A stretch of DNA of 62,890 nt, the filler included, from Chiloscyllium plagiosum (taxonomy: Eukaryota): the NCBI RefSeq assembly GCF_004010195.1. It is 4 parts of one record of this genome, joined end to end, with 100 filler letters (N's around TTAATTAATTAA, not from the genome) between each part and the next. Parts side by side here need not be neighbours in the genome. Positions count along the whole stretch, not along the records: positions 22,883 to 38,341 come from NC_057717.1; 3 more parts are not named here. One strand, given 5' to 3'. The notes beneath the pieces were generated by a model. That model made no database searches, was not told the origin of the DNA, and worked only from the letters and a program-made list of their open reading frames with translations. Each line of letters starts with the position of its first letter. Positions within the stretch are counted from its first letter, which is position 1. Shown here one piece after another: positions 24,286 through 35,437 of this stretch. Made by a program: the position numbers and the translations under genes.

Positions 24286-25055
24286 GCATATGGTTGCATA
24301 TATAACTTCCAGAGCATATGATTCAAAATATTTGCGCGACAGTTTTGGTTCAGATATATAACACAAGTTTGTTTCTCCTTGTTATTTGTAAGACCCACCC
24401 AAACTGATTCTGTGGAATCTGATGGACAGAGCCTCTGTCGTTATTAGTGATAGACTTGGATCAGACATTCGGGGAGGCTCACCTCGATGCTGAGATGATC
24501 TGAAGACATGTCCAGCAATACATGACAAGCATCAATATCCACCCCGCTCTGTCAGGATAAGTGTCACCGTATATTGTCACTGTTCCCTCACACTCACTGT
24601 ATATCTGTTACAGCACCTACCCTCTACCAAGGCTCATACTCTTTCTCCAAATAAGGCTCAAGCACGACCACTCTCACTGTTGAATTCAGCACCTTCCCTC
24701 CCCCACATTTTCTGTCCTTGACGCAATAGCCCCTGACACTAATAGCATCTCATGGATATAGCACTATGGACAGATTCCCTCCGGCCACCTCACCATGTCA
24801 CACCTCACCTAGCCTGGCACTAACAGCAGGGCCATCCACTCCCACCCTCAGTCATTCCCTCCCTTTCTCCCATCCTAGGAGAAACAACGTGGAATAGGAA
24901 AGAAAGGGCCAAGCCTGGTGGAGGAGTGCTGGATATCCGCTCCCTCAGCCCCTACCCTGATATGTGTGTGGAAAAACCTGGAGGGAGCCGGAGAGGACCC
25001 CAGGAGGCCTTTTGTGGAGTATCTGAAACATCCACGTCCCAGCAACCGAATAAGG
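23997..25055. repeat. 166-bp inverted repeat pair (23997-24162 / 24890-25055)
   Basis: Arms appear identical by eye. ORFs 23914-24126(-) and 24926-25231(+) share the same first 43 residues. Confidence 0.95.
24480..25055 (+). mobile_element. Decayed two-exon Harbinger-type Myb/SANT-like ORF
   Basis: Exon-end relic TCTGTCAGG|ATAAGT near 24555. Acceptor CATCCTAG|GAGAAA near 24878 is followed by NRKERAKPGGGVLDIRSLSPY, matching the 'R.KTGGG..L(T/S)P' tail of these proteins. Confidence 0.6.
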
Positions 25056-25661
25056 AGCAGTGTTCAGTAAAGAGCAATTATCAATTCAAACCCACTGTCA
25101 GTTCGAACCTCATCTCTCTCACTTGCAGACTAACAGACACCCCATTGCACAGAGATGCAGGCGTTGAAATGCACAGATGTATTGGTAAATACCCCAATAT
25201 ACTAACATACACAATGCTTACAAGGAGATAATCATGCACACACGTAGAAGCACACAAAGACATAAACAGTCACGCACAAATATACACAAACACAGATAGA
25301 AACAAACAGGCTGATACAAAGACAGACAGACATCGTCACACAAATACAAAAGTATCAAGCAAATGGACACACAGACACATAAATGCACATTAAGACATAG
25401 ACGCGAGTGCCATTAAGACACAAATAAATACGTTTTTGATTTATAAGGAGATCAAGGATTCTAGGGAGAAGATAGAAGAATGATGCTGAGGAACATCTTA
25501 GAAATGACTGAATGGTATAGCAGACTCAATAGGCACAGTGGTCTAATTCTGCTCCTTTTTAAATGTTCGTGTGACGTTATGCTATCAGGTATTCTCTTCC
25601 TGAGACAGCAGCAGCATCATATTTGATTGGAAACAGTCATTGGTAATGTGGGAAAAGATTG

Positions 25662-26161
25662 NNNNNNNNNNNNNNNNNNNNNNNNNNNNNNNNNNNNNNN
25701 NNNNNNNNNNNNNNNNNNNNNNNNNNNNNNNNNNNNNNNNNNNNNNNNNNNNNNNNNNNNNNNNNNNNNNNNNNNNNNNNNNNNNNNNNNNNNNNNNNNN
25801 NNNNNNNNNNNNNNNNNNNNNNNNNNNNNNNNNNNNNNNNNNNNNNNNNNNNNNNNNNNNNNNNNNNNNNNNNNNNNNNNNNNNNNNNNNNNNNNNNNNN
25901 NNNNNNNNNNNNNNNNNNNNNNNNNNNNNNNNNNNNNNNNNNNNNNNNNNNNNNNNNNNNNNNNNNNNNNNNNNNNNNNNNNNNNNNNNNNNNNNNNNNN
26001 NNNNNNNNNNNNNNNNNNNNNNNNNNNNNNNNNNNNNNNNNNNNNNNNNNNNNNNNNNNNNNNNNNNNNNNNNNNNNNNNNNNNNNNNNNNNNNNNNNNN
26101 NNNNNNNNNNNNNNNNNNNNNNNNNNNNNNNNNNNNNNNNNNNNNNNNNNNNNNNNNNNNN
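25662..26161. other. 500-N scaffold gap
   Basis: Run of 500 N. Confidence 1.
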
Positions 26162-26330
26162 ACTGTTAGTCAGACCACAAACGTCATGGAGACTGTCTCA
26201 AGTCACAAAGTACGTGAGACCGAGACTGCGTCAAGGCAGTCCGAGCATGGGACTGAAGTTTTGACAAGTCAGACTGTGTGTGTGACTGAGAGTCTGTAAA
26301 GTCAGTCCGTGAGTGTGAATCAACAGTCTC
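26162..26330 (+). repeat. 33-bp minisatellite (left part)
   Basis: Degenerate TCAAGTCAGACCGTGCGTGTGACTGAGACTGTG units, same orientation as 31135-32330. Confidence 0.8.
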
Positions 26331-26357
26331 AAGGGAGTCCTTGGAGGTCATTTGACC

Positions 26358-27973
26358 GTGAATGGTGACATCTTGCAAAATGTCCGGATTACAGAGGAGG
26401 AAGTGCTGGATGTCTTGAAAAGGTTATAGGTGGATAAATCCCCAGGACCTGATCAAGTGTTCCCGCGAATTCTGTGCGAAGCTAGAGAAGTGATTGCTGG
26501 GCCTCTTGCTGAGATATTTGTATCATCGATAGTCACAGGTGAGGTGCTGGAAGACTGGAGGTTGACAAATGTGCCACTGCTTAAGAAGGGTGGTAAAGAC
26601 AAGCCAGGGAACTCTAGACCGGCGAGCCTGACCTCGGTGGTGGGCACGTTATTGGAGCGAATCCTGAGGGACAGGCTGTACTTGTTTTTGGAAAGGCAAG
26701 GACTGATTCGGGATAGTCAACATGAATTTGTCCATGGGAAATCGTGTCTCACAAACTTGATTGAGTTTTTTGAAGAAGTAACAAAGAAGATTGATCAGGA
26801 CAGAGAAGTAGATGTGATCGATATGCACTTTAGTAAGGCGTTCGACAAGGTTCCCCATGGGAGACTGACTAGGAAGGTTAGATCTCATGGAATACAGGGA
26901 GAACTAGCCATTTGGATACAGAACTGGCTCAAAGCTAGAAGACAGAGGGTTGTGGTGGAGGGTTGTTTTTCAGACTGGAGGCCTGTGACCAGTGGAGTGC
27001 CACAAGGATCGGTACTGTGCCCTCTACTTTTTGTTATTTACATAAATGATTTGGATACGAGTATAAGAGGTACAGTTAGCAAGTTTGCAGATGACACCAA
27101 TATTGGAATTGTAGTGGACGGAGAAGAGAGTGACCTCAGATTACAACATGATCTGGACGAGATGGGCCAATCGGCTGAGAAGTGGCAGATGGGGTTTAAT
27201 TCAGACAAATGCGAGGTGCTGTATTTTGGGAAAGCAAATCTTAGCAGGATTTATACACTTAATGGTAAGGTCCGAGGAAGTGTTGCTGAACAAAGAGACC
27301 TTGGCGTGCAGGATATTACCTGCTTGGAAGTGAAGTCACAGGTAGATAGGATAGTGAAGAAGGCCTTTTGTATGCTTTCCTTTAGTGGTCAAATACTGAG
27401 TACTGGAGTTGGGAAGTCATGTTGCGGCTGAGAAGGACATTGGTTAGGCCGCTGTGTTTTTCCGATCGAAAAGATGTTGTGAACTTGAAAGGGTTTAGAA
27501 ATAATTTAGAAGGATGTTGCCAGGGTTGGGGGATCTGAGCTACAGGGAAAGGCTAAACAGGTTGAGCTGTTTTCCCTGGAATGACGGAGGCTGAGGGGTG
27601 ACCTCATAAAGGTTTGCAGAACTATGAAGGGCATGGATAGAATAAATAGACAAAGCACTTTTCCTGGAGTCGGGGAGTCCAGAACTAGAAGGCATAGGTT
27701 TAGGGTGAGAGGAGAAAGATATAAAAGAGACCTAAGGGGCAACCTTTGCACGTAGAGGTTGGTACGTGCATGGAATTAGCTGCCAGAGGATGTGATGCAG
27801 GCTGGTACAATTGCAACATTTAAGAGGCATTTGGATGGGTATATGAATCGGAAGGGTTTGTAGGGATATGGCCCGGATGCTGGCAGGTGGGACTAGATTG
27901 GGTTGGGATATCTGGTCGGCATGGACGGGATGGACCGAAGGGTCTGTTTCCATGCTGTACTTCTCTATGACTC
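26358..27973 (+). mobile_element. 5'-truncated CR1 LINE (RT to 3' end)
   Basis: 333-aa ORF DKSPGPD...SGVPQGSVL...KFADD. 3' UTR ends GCTGTACTTCTCTATGACTC. Confidence 0.95.
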
Positions 27974-29065
27974 AAAAGTCATATAACTTTGTCTCTTTCT
28001 CCTATCCATGCTTCGCTTAATTTTGTAAACCTCTAAAATGTCACCCCTCAGCCTTCGACGCACAAGGGAAAACAGCCCCAGTCTGTTCAGCCACTCCGTG
28101 TAGCTCATATCCTCTGGCACCTCCTCCATGATTTTCGCTTCCCCGGCCCCCAAAGCCTTATATTCAGCATGCACATCCAGTCCCTATACACCTCCATCCC
28201 CCATCACGAAGGCCTCAAAGCCCTCGGCTTCTTCCTTTCCCACCGAACTAACCAGTACCCTTCCACTGACACTCTCCTTCACCTGACTGAACTGGTCCTC
28301 ACTCTTAACAACTTCTCCTTCCGATCCTCCCACTTCCTCCAAACCAAAGGACTAGCCATGGGCACCTGCATGGGTCCTAGCTATGCCTGCCTCTTCGTTG
28401 GATATGTGGAACAGTCCATCTTCCGCAGCTACACTGGCACCACCCCCCACCTTTTCCTCCACTACATTGAATGCTATAGTGGCGCTGCCTCGTGCTCCCA
28501 CGAGGAGATTGAACAATTCATCCACTTTACCAACACCTTCCACCCCGACCTCAAATTTAACTGGACCGTCTCAGACTTCTCCCTCCCCTTCCTAGACCTC
28601 TCCATCTCTATCTCAGACGACCGACTCAACACGGACGTATACTACAAACCGACTGACTCACACAGCTACCTGGATTACACCTCTTCCCATCCTGCCCCCT
28701 GTAAAAACGCCATCCCTTATTCCTATTCCTTCGCCTTCGCCGCATCTGCTCCCAGGAGGACCAGTTCCAATAGCGAATAACCCAGATGGCCTCCTTCTTC
28801 AAATACCGCAATTTCCCATCAGACGTGGTTAGCGATGCTCTCCACCGCGTCTTCTCCACATCCCGCTCCTCCGCCGTTGAACCCCGCCCCTCCAATCGCC
28901 ACCAGGACAGAACCCCACAAGTCCTCACCTAACACCCCACCAAACTCCAGATACATCGGATCATCCTTCGTCATTTCCGCCACCTCCAAACAGACCCCAC
29001 CACCAAGGATATATATCCCTCCCCACCACGATCAGAGTTCTGGAAAGACCACTCCCTCCGCGACC

Positions 29066-29145
29066 CCCTTGTCAGATCCACGGCCCCCACCAACCCAACC
29101 TCCACCCCTTGTCAGATCCACGGCCCCCACCAACCCAACCTCCAC
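29066..29145. repeat. 40-bp perfect tandem duplication inside the PLE ORF
   Basis: GTCAGATCCACGGCCCCCACCAACCCAACCTCCAC recurs at 29071 and 29111. Confidence 0.95.
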
Positions 29146-29774
29146 TCCCGGCACCTTCCCTTGCAACCGCAAAAAATGCAAAACTTGCGCCCACACCTCC
29201 CCCCTCACTTCCCTCCAAGGCCCCAAGGGATCCTTCAATATCCATCAGAAATTCACCTGCACCTCCACACACACCATTTACTACATCCGCTGCACCCGAT
29301 GTGGCCTCCTTTACATTGGGGTGACAGGCCGCCTACTTGCGGAACGTTTCAGAGAACCCCTCTGGGACACCCGCACCAACCAACCCAACCACCCCGTGGC
29401 TAAACACTTTAACTCCCCCTCCCACTCCGCCAAGGACATGCAGGTCCTTGGCCTCCTCCACTGCCAGACCATGGCAACACGACACCTGGAGGAAGAGCGA
29501 CTCATCTTCCGCCTGGGAACCCTACAACCACAAGGGATGAATGCAGATTTCGCCAGCTTCCTCATTTCCCCTCCACCACCTTTTCTCGGTCCCAACCCTC
29601 AGACTCAGCACCGCCTTCTTGACCTGCAATCTTCTTCCCGACCTCTCCTCCCCACCCCCTCCCCGGCCTATCACCCTCACCAAAACCTCCTTCCACCTAT
29701 CGCATTCCCATAGCCCCTCCCCCAAGTCCCTCCTCCCTACCTTTTATCTTAGCCTGCTTGGCACACCCTCCTCA

Positions 29775-29808
29775 TTCCTGAAGAAGGGCTTATGCACGAA
29801 ACGTCGAT
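29775..29808 (+). ncRNA. Minimal hammerhead motif in PLE terminus (one stem II mismatch)
   Basis: CUGAAGA-A-GGGC(UUAU)GCAC-GAAA-CGUC^GA. Confidence 0.65.
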
Positions 29809-31134
29809 TCTCAAGCTCCTTTGATGCTGCTTGACCTGCTGCACTTTTCCAGCAACACATTTGTAAGCTCTGATCCCCAGCATCTGCAGTCCTCACTTTC
29901 TCCCAGCCCTGGCAACATCCTTGTAAATCTTTTCTGAGTTCTTTCAAGTTTCACAACATCTTTGCGTTACGAAGGAGACCGGAATTGCACGCAGTATTCC
30001 AGCATTGGCCTAACCAATGTCCTGTACAGCTGCCACATGTCCTCCCAACTTCAGTAGTCAATACTCAGACCAATAAAGGTAAGCATACCAAACACCTGCT
30101 TCACTATCCTATCTACCTGCGACTCCACTTTCAAGGAGCCGTGAACCTGCACTCCAAGTTCTCTTTGTTCAGCAACACTCCCTAGGACCTTCCCATTAAG
30201 TGTATAAGTCCTGCTAAGATTTGTTTTCCCAAAATGCAGCACCTCGCATTTATCTGAATTAAACTCCATCTGCCACTTCTCAGCCCATTGTCCCAACAAG
30301 TCCAGATCCTGTTGTAATCTGAGGTCACCCTCTTCGCTGTCCACTACACCTCCAATTCTTGTGTCATCTGCAAGCTTACTAACTGTACCTCTTATGCTCG
30401 CATCCAAATAATTTATNNNNNNNNNNNNNNNNNNNNNNNNNNNNNNNNNNNNNNNNNNNNNNNNNNNNNNNNNNNNNNNNNNNNNNNNNNNNNNNNNNNN
30501 NNNNNNNNNNNNNNNNNNNNNNNNNNNNNNNNNNNNNNNNNNNNNNNNNNNNNNNNNNGCTAGTTCTCCCTGTATTCCATGAGATCTAAACTTGCTCATC
30601 AGTCTCCCATGGGGAACCTTGTCGAACGCCTTACTGAAGTCCATATGGATGACATCTACTGCTCTGCCCTCATCAATCGTTTTTGTTACTTCTTCAAAAA
30701 CTCAGTCAAGTTTGTGAGACATGATTTCCCACGCACAAAGCCGTGTTTACTATCCCGATTCAGTCCTTGCCTTTCCAAATACATGTACATCATGTCCCTC
30801 AGGATTCGCTCCAACAACGTGCCCGCCACCGAGGTCAGGCTCACCGGTCTAGAGTTCCCTGGCCTGTCTTTACCGCCCTTCTTAATCAGTGGCACCACAT
30901 TTGCCAACCTCCAGTCTTCTGGCACCTCTCCTGAGACTATCAATGATACAGGTATCTCAGCTAGAGATCCAACAATCTCTTCTCTAGCTTCCCACAGAGT
31001 TCTCAGGTACACCGGACCAGGTCCTGGGGATTTATCCACCTTTCACCGTTTCCAGACATCCAGCACTTCCTCCTCTGTAATCTGGACATTCTGCAAGATG
31101 TCATCATCTATTTCACTACAGTCTATATCTTCCA

Positions 31135-32330
31135 GATCATGCGCATATCTGCAACTATGTGAAATCATACTGTGCATGTGACAGAGACGGCGTAAAGTCA
31201 ATCTGTTAGTGTGACTGAGTCTGTGTCAAGTCTGATCTGGCAGATGACTAAGATTGTGTCAAGTCAGACCATGCGTGTGACTGAGACTAACGAGTCAGTT
31301 CCTGCGTTTTCGTGTGAATGCGTGATATCAGACTGTGTTAAATCATACTTTGCTCGTGAATGCCCCTGTGTGACTTGACACCATGCCTTCGACTTCGACT
31401 GCGTCAAGTGAATCCATGCACCTGTGTGAGATGGTGTCAAGTCAGACTTATGTATGACTGGGATCGTGTACAGTCAGACCGTGTGTGCAGTGCCTGCCTG
31501 TCACCCCGACTGTCGCAGTCAGTTTGTACGTGTCATCTGGACTGTGTCAAGTCAGACCATGCAAGCAACTGAAACTGCGTCAAGGCAGACCATACATGTG
31601 AGTGCGAATTAGTGAAGTCAGACCCTGTGTGTGACTGCGTCAAGTCAGACCGTGTGAATGGTCAAGATGGTGTTAAGTCAGACTGCGCGTGTGACTGAGA
31701 ATGCCACGTTAGACCGTCTGTTTAATTGAGACAGTGTCAAGTCAATCTCCATATGCGACACAGACTGTGTCATGTCATGTCAGGTCAGGCAGCATCCGAT
31801 GGGGAGGAAAATTGCGTTTCGGGCAAAAGCCCTTCATCAGGAAGAGTTGATGAGGGGCTTTTGCCCGAAAAGGCGATTTTCCTTCTTCTCGGGTGCTGCC
31901 TAACCTGCTGTGATTTTCCATCACCACTCTAATCTTCACTCTGATTTCTAGCATCTGCAGTACCCATATCCTCCATATCAACTCAGACCGTGTGTGCAAC
32001 TGAGAGACTGTCAAGTCAAATTGTTCATGTCACCGAGACTGAGACACACTGTGCTTGTTTCTTTCGTGAGAATCAGACTGTGCGTGAGACTGAGGCTGTG
32101 TCAAGTTATAGACTGCTTGTGTCGGAGATTGTCTCAAATCAGACCATGCGTGAGAACGAGATGGTGAAAAGTCATACCGTTTGCGTCGGGCAGACTGTTT
32201 CATTCAGACCATATGTGTTACTCAGACCATATCAAGTTAGACCGTGCATGTGACTGAGACTGCTTCAATTCATGCCACACCTATGTCTGATGGAGTGAGA
32301 GTCAGACCATGTTCGTATAATTGTGATTGT
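31135..32330 (+). repeat. 33-bp degenerate minisatellite array
   Basis: TCAAG anchors 33 bp apart (31226/31259, 31404/31437). Consensus TCAAGTCAGACCGTGCGTGTGACTGAGACTGTG. Confidence 0.9.
31780..31970. mobile_element. Fold-back pair of Penelope termini inserted in the minisatellite
   Basis: CAGGTCAGGCAGCATCCGA...TTTCGGGCAAAAGCCCTTCATCA followed by its inverse TGATGAGGGGCTTTTGCCCGAAA...TCGGGTGCTGCCTAACCTG. Both hammerhead motifs are degenerate. Confidence 0.85.
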
Positions 32331-33811
32331 GAGTGAGAGACTGAATGAAACTAAGAGAGTGAAGAACAGTTTGCGAGAGACAATATACGTTTGTAAATGG
32401 GAAAATAAACCGGCAAGCCAACCATTTATCAAATCATTTGTGGCATACCGAATACTTCAACGGAAGTGTTTGACTTGGCCCAAAAACTCTTCAGCAACAT
32501 TTTCTGCCTTCAGTATTTTCATTCTTGCTATAATGCAAAGCGTTGTGGATTACAAACCCATTTTTATATCTTTAAGAAAGAGCAACTATAAAAATTAATC
32601 GTTTTTTATGATTGCCATTGATATTGCACTTGTTTTTGATCTGCATGTATTTTACTAAATGCTTAGCTTTTCATGAATGTGTATTAAATTGTTAAGTTGT
32701 GGGTTGTGTTTGTGTGTGCATGGGAATATGTATTTGCAACGTGCAAACACTTTTGTGCGGGAAAAAGCTAAATGCCATTCAAAGTATTAAAATACCAAGA
32801 ACTGTACTTGAGTCATATTAAATTCTGATTGGCACTATGCATAAATTAACATCAGAAACAACGAGTGCTGATTCACTATAACATTTCTAGCACATGTTTT
32901 GCATGCAAAATGTTCCAGTCTCCTTCCCCAATGTGAATCTGGATAAGAGGACCATTCGCGAGCTCATCACCCTGATTTTGGAGCGATCCTATGCATTTTC
33001 GTTTCTCCTCTTGTGAATCGCTGGGTGTACTATGTAGGATTAACGAATTAGAAAATTACTCACAGCTTCTGACTATTAAAATGGTTCAAAATCTCGGCTA
33101 TCCCAACAATATCAGGTGCAATTATAAGAGGAAATCATGATAGTTCTTACTTTAATTTTAGATATCTAAAAGTAATGTTTAGAAAATATTTTAAATGTTC
33201 TTACATTTAGTGGAAACAAAAAAGTTTATTTCATTGTTTTGAAGTAGAAGGCAAATTCTGATTTGAGAAGGATGTGAGTATATTATAAGTTCAGTATAAG
33301 TTCACTACCTATAACCTCCTATCAAAAATTTATGTGTTCTGAGGTTAGCTCCTCGAACCATACATCGATGTAATTGACATTCAAAGTACTAGAAAACATG
33401 CCTGATAACTGGGTACGACTTTTAAAAATCTCTTTTTGCAGCCAGCTGTTTCTGCCAAAATTGGAAATTTGCTCTCAACATGTCAGAAAGGTGCCAGCAT
33501 TAAAAATTGCTTTTCAAATCCATTTACATACTTTCAATACTGACCCCATGCAGTTCATGAAATGCAACCTTTACTATAATGACCACATTATTCTTGTTGC
33601 GCTTTCAAAGTATTTATCTGCAAGATATTTGGATAATATTAGTTGCCGTGATTGTCTCATCAGTGCTATAGGGTCAGCTGGCACAAGCATTGTTAAGATA
33701 ACAAGCGGATTATAAAAGAGGGAACTCCAGTAGTATTATATGTATTTGTTGTAATTTTCCGAATCTGTAGATTCTGGAGATGTATCGAAAACTGCCAATG
33801 AGACACCTTTA

Positions 33812-34160
33812 TCGAGTTTTGAGACGATATGTACCTGAGGTTCACGATCTGGATGTAGTTGTTCTCGCTAAGCTGGAAGGGTCATTTTCAGACGATTTGT
33901 CACCATACTAGACAGCTTAGATAGATATCAATTAGGTAGATTATCAAAAAACACATTGACCTGGACACCATTTGTCACCCACTGAGAAAAAGAACAGGAA
34001 ATTACAACACCCACCTAAGGATACCCAACGATTTCAATATAAAACAGGAAACATCAGCAGTGCTTCATCCGGAGGCTCATCTAAAATGTTACCTAATATG
34101 ATGACGAAATGTTTGAAAATGGATCTAACAGCTCAGCGAGCAAACATATTTAAAAAACCT
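33812..34160. mobile_element. Penelope-like terminal insertion with 5' inverted segment (second PLE family)
   Basis: GTTGTTCTCGCTAAGCTG...GTCACCATACTAG is inverted relative to CCTAATATGATGACGAAATG...CAGCTCAGCGAGCAAAC. ACCTTTAT occurs at both flanks. Confidence 0.7.
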
Positions 34161-34497
34161 TTATTTAAAAAAGGGACAGAGGCAAAAGGCAGTTAGTAAT
34201 CGGCCGATTAGTCAAACATTCAGTGTTGGAAACAAACTTGGATCAAATATTAAGGAAACGTTTGCAGTGCTTTTGGAAAATGACAATGTAATTAAGCAGA
34301 TTCAGCATGACTCCATAAAAGAGAAACCATTTCTGACTATTTTGATGAACGCTCAACCAGAGCAGTTAGTAAGGACCCAAGATATGTGCCTTATTTGGAA
34401 TTCACGAAGCTTTTAAACAAGTGCCTCACAAAAGGTTACATCCTAAGATAAGGGCCCATAGAATTGGAGTCAATATGTTGACAAGGATGGAGAATTG

Positions 34498-34631
34498 AAA
34501 ATGTGTTGCTGGAAAAGCGCAGCAGGTCAGACAGCATCCAAGGAACAGGAGAATCGACGTTTCGGGCATAAGCCCTTCTTCAGGACATTTTCAGCTCTGA
34601 TCTCCAGCATCTGCAGTCCTCACTTTCTCCT
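34498..34631. mobile_element. 134-bp miniature Penelope insertion with 16-bp target site duplication
   Basis: CAAGGATGGAGAATTG at 34482-34497 and 34632-34647. The body is an inverted plus a direct piece of the terminus seen at 29775-29903. Confidence 0.92.
34554..34586 (-). ncRNA. Minimal type I hammerhead ribozyme motif (intact core)
   Basis: Reverse strand GUC-CUGAAGA-A-GGGC(UUAU)GCCC-GAAA-CGUC^GAU. Confidence 0.75.
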
Positions 34632-35437
34632 CAAGGATGGAGAATTGCCAAACTGCCAGAAAGCAATGACCAGAGGAGAAGAGGCTCTTTTTCAGGTTGG
34701 TGAAATGTGACGAGGGGGAGTTTCGTAGTGATCAGTGCTGAGACTGCAACTGCAACTGTTTACAACGGAGATAAACAGCTTGGAAGAAGAAAGTGCTGTA
34801 ATTCATTTTGCACACAACATAAAATAAATGGAAGTGCAGATTGCTAGAAGGATACAAATCGTTCACTAAGATCTTGATATGCGAGTAGACAAAAAGGTTA
34901 GCAAATGAAGTATTATGTGGGAAAATGCAAAGCTGTCAATTTTGGAAGTGGGCATAAGAAGTATTATTTGAATGGGAAAATGCAGCGGAATTCTGCAACA
35001 AACGGAATTGAGGTACTTACGCACAAAATACAGAAAACGAGCACACAGTTGCAGCAGGTAAATAGTAAGTTTAAAGGAACGTTGGTCCTTATTTCAAGGC
35101 GTTGTGAGAGTAAGAGTCGAGGTCTTGCAGAGACCACATCTGGAGAATCTCAGAAATTTCTGTCCGTCTATTTATAAAATAATATTTCGCTGAGTCCTCC
35201 ACAGCGAAAGTTCACTCGATGTGCCCCCGGTGGGTTTGCCTTCAGAAGATCAGGCTGAGATTTTACTCTCTGCAAGTTGCAAAATGAGATTTGGACTTTT
35301 TGAATCGGTTTGGATTCTTCAGAGGCTTGACAGGGTGAACGCTGAGAGTACGTTTCCTTCATGGGAAAGTCTACAACCAAAGTGCAGAGTATCCAAATAA
35401 AACGTGCCAAATTAGAAATGAATTTTAGAAGTAGGTT

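Larger units (their letters stand above)
28115..29903 (+). mobile_element. Penelope-like retroelement, 5'-truncated (RT + GIY-YIG endonuclease + pLTR)
   Basis: IQSLYTSIP, QTKGLAMGTCMGPSYA and LPFLDLSI...VYYKPTDSHSYLDY RT motifs. CNRKKCKTC and YYIRCTRCGLLYIGVTGR GIY-YIG motifs. The catalytic YIDD is changed to YIEC and there are frameshifts. Confidence 0.95.
27990..31135 (-). mobile_element. 5'-truncated CR1 LINE split by a Penelope insertion (pieces 27990-28114 and 29904-31135)
   Basis: RT ORFs 30686-31039 and 30051-30644. The flanks rejoin as AGCTCATATCCTC+CAGCCCTGGCAAC. Contains a 142-N gap (30417-30558) that keeps the frame. Confidence 0.9.
33715..35435 (+). mobile_element. Old CR1 LINE ORF2/3' fragment hosting two PLE insertions
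   Basis: Decayed ANxTPLFKKG, QMKYYVGKCKAVNFG and RPHLE motifs. Confidence 0.7.

Noticed and set aside
25627..26299. Long ORFs over 25627-26299
   Set aside because: They consist almost entirely of N-gap codons.
31135..32330. 33-bp array as a coding 11-aa repeat or CRISPR
   Set aside because: Highly degenerate, with indels and stops in all frames and no constant repeat/unique spacer structure.
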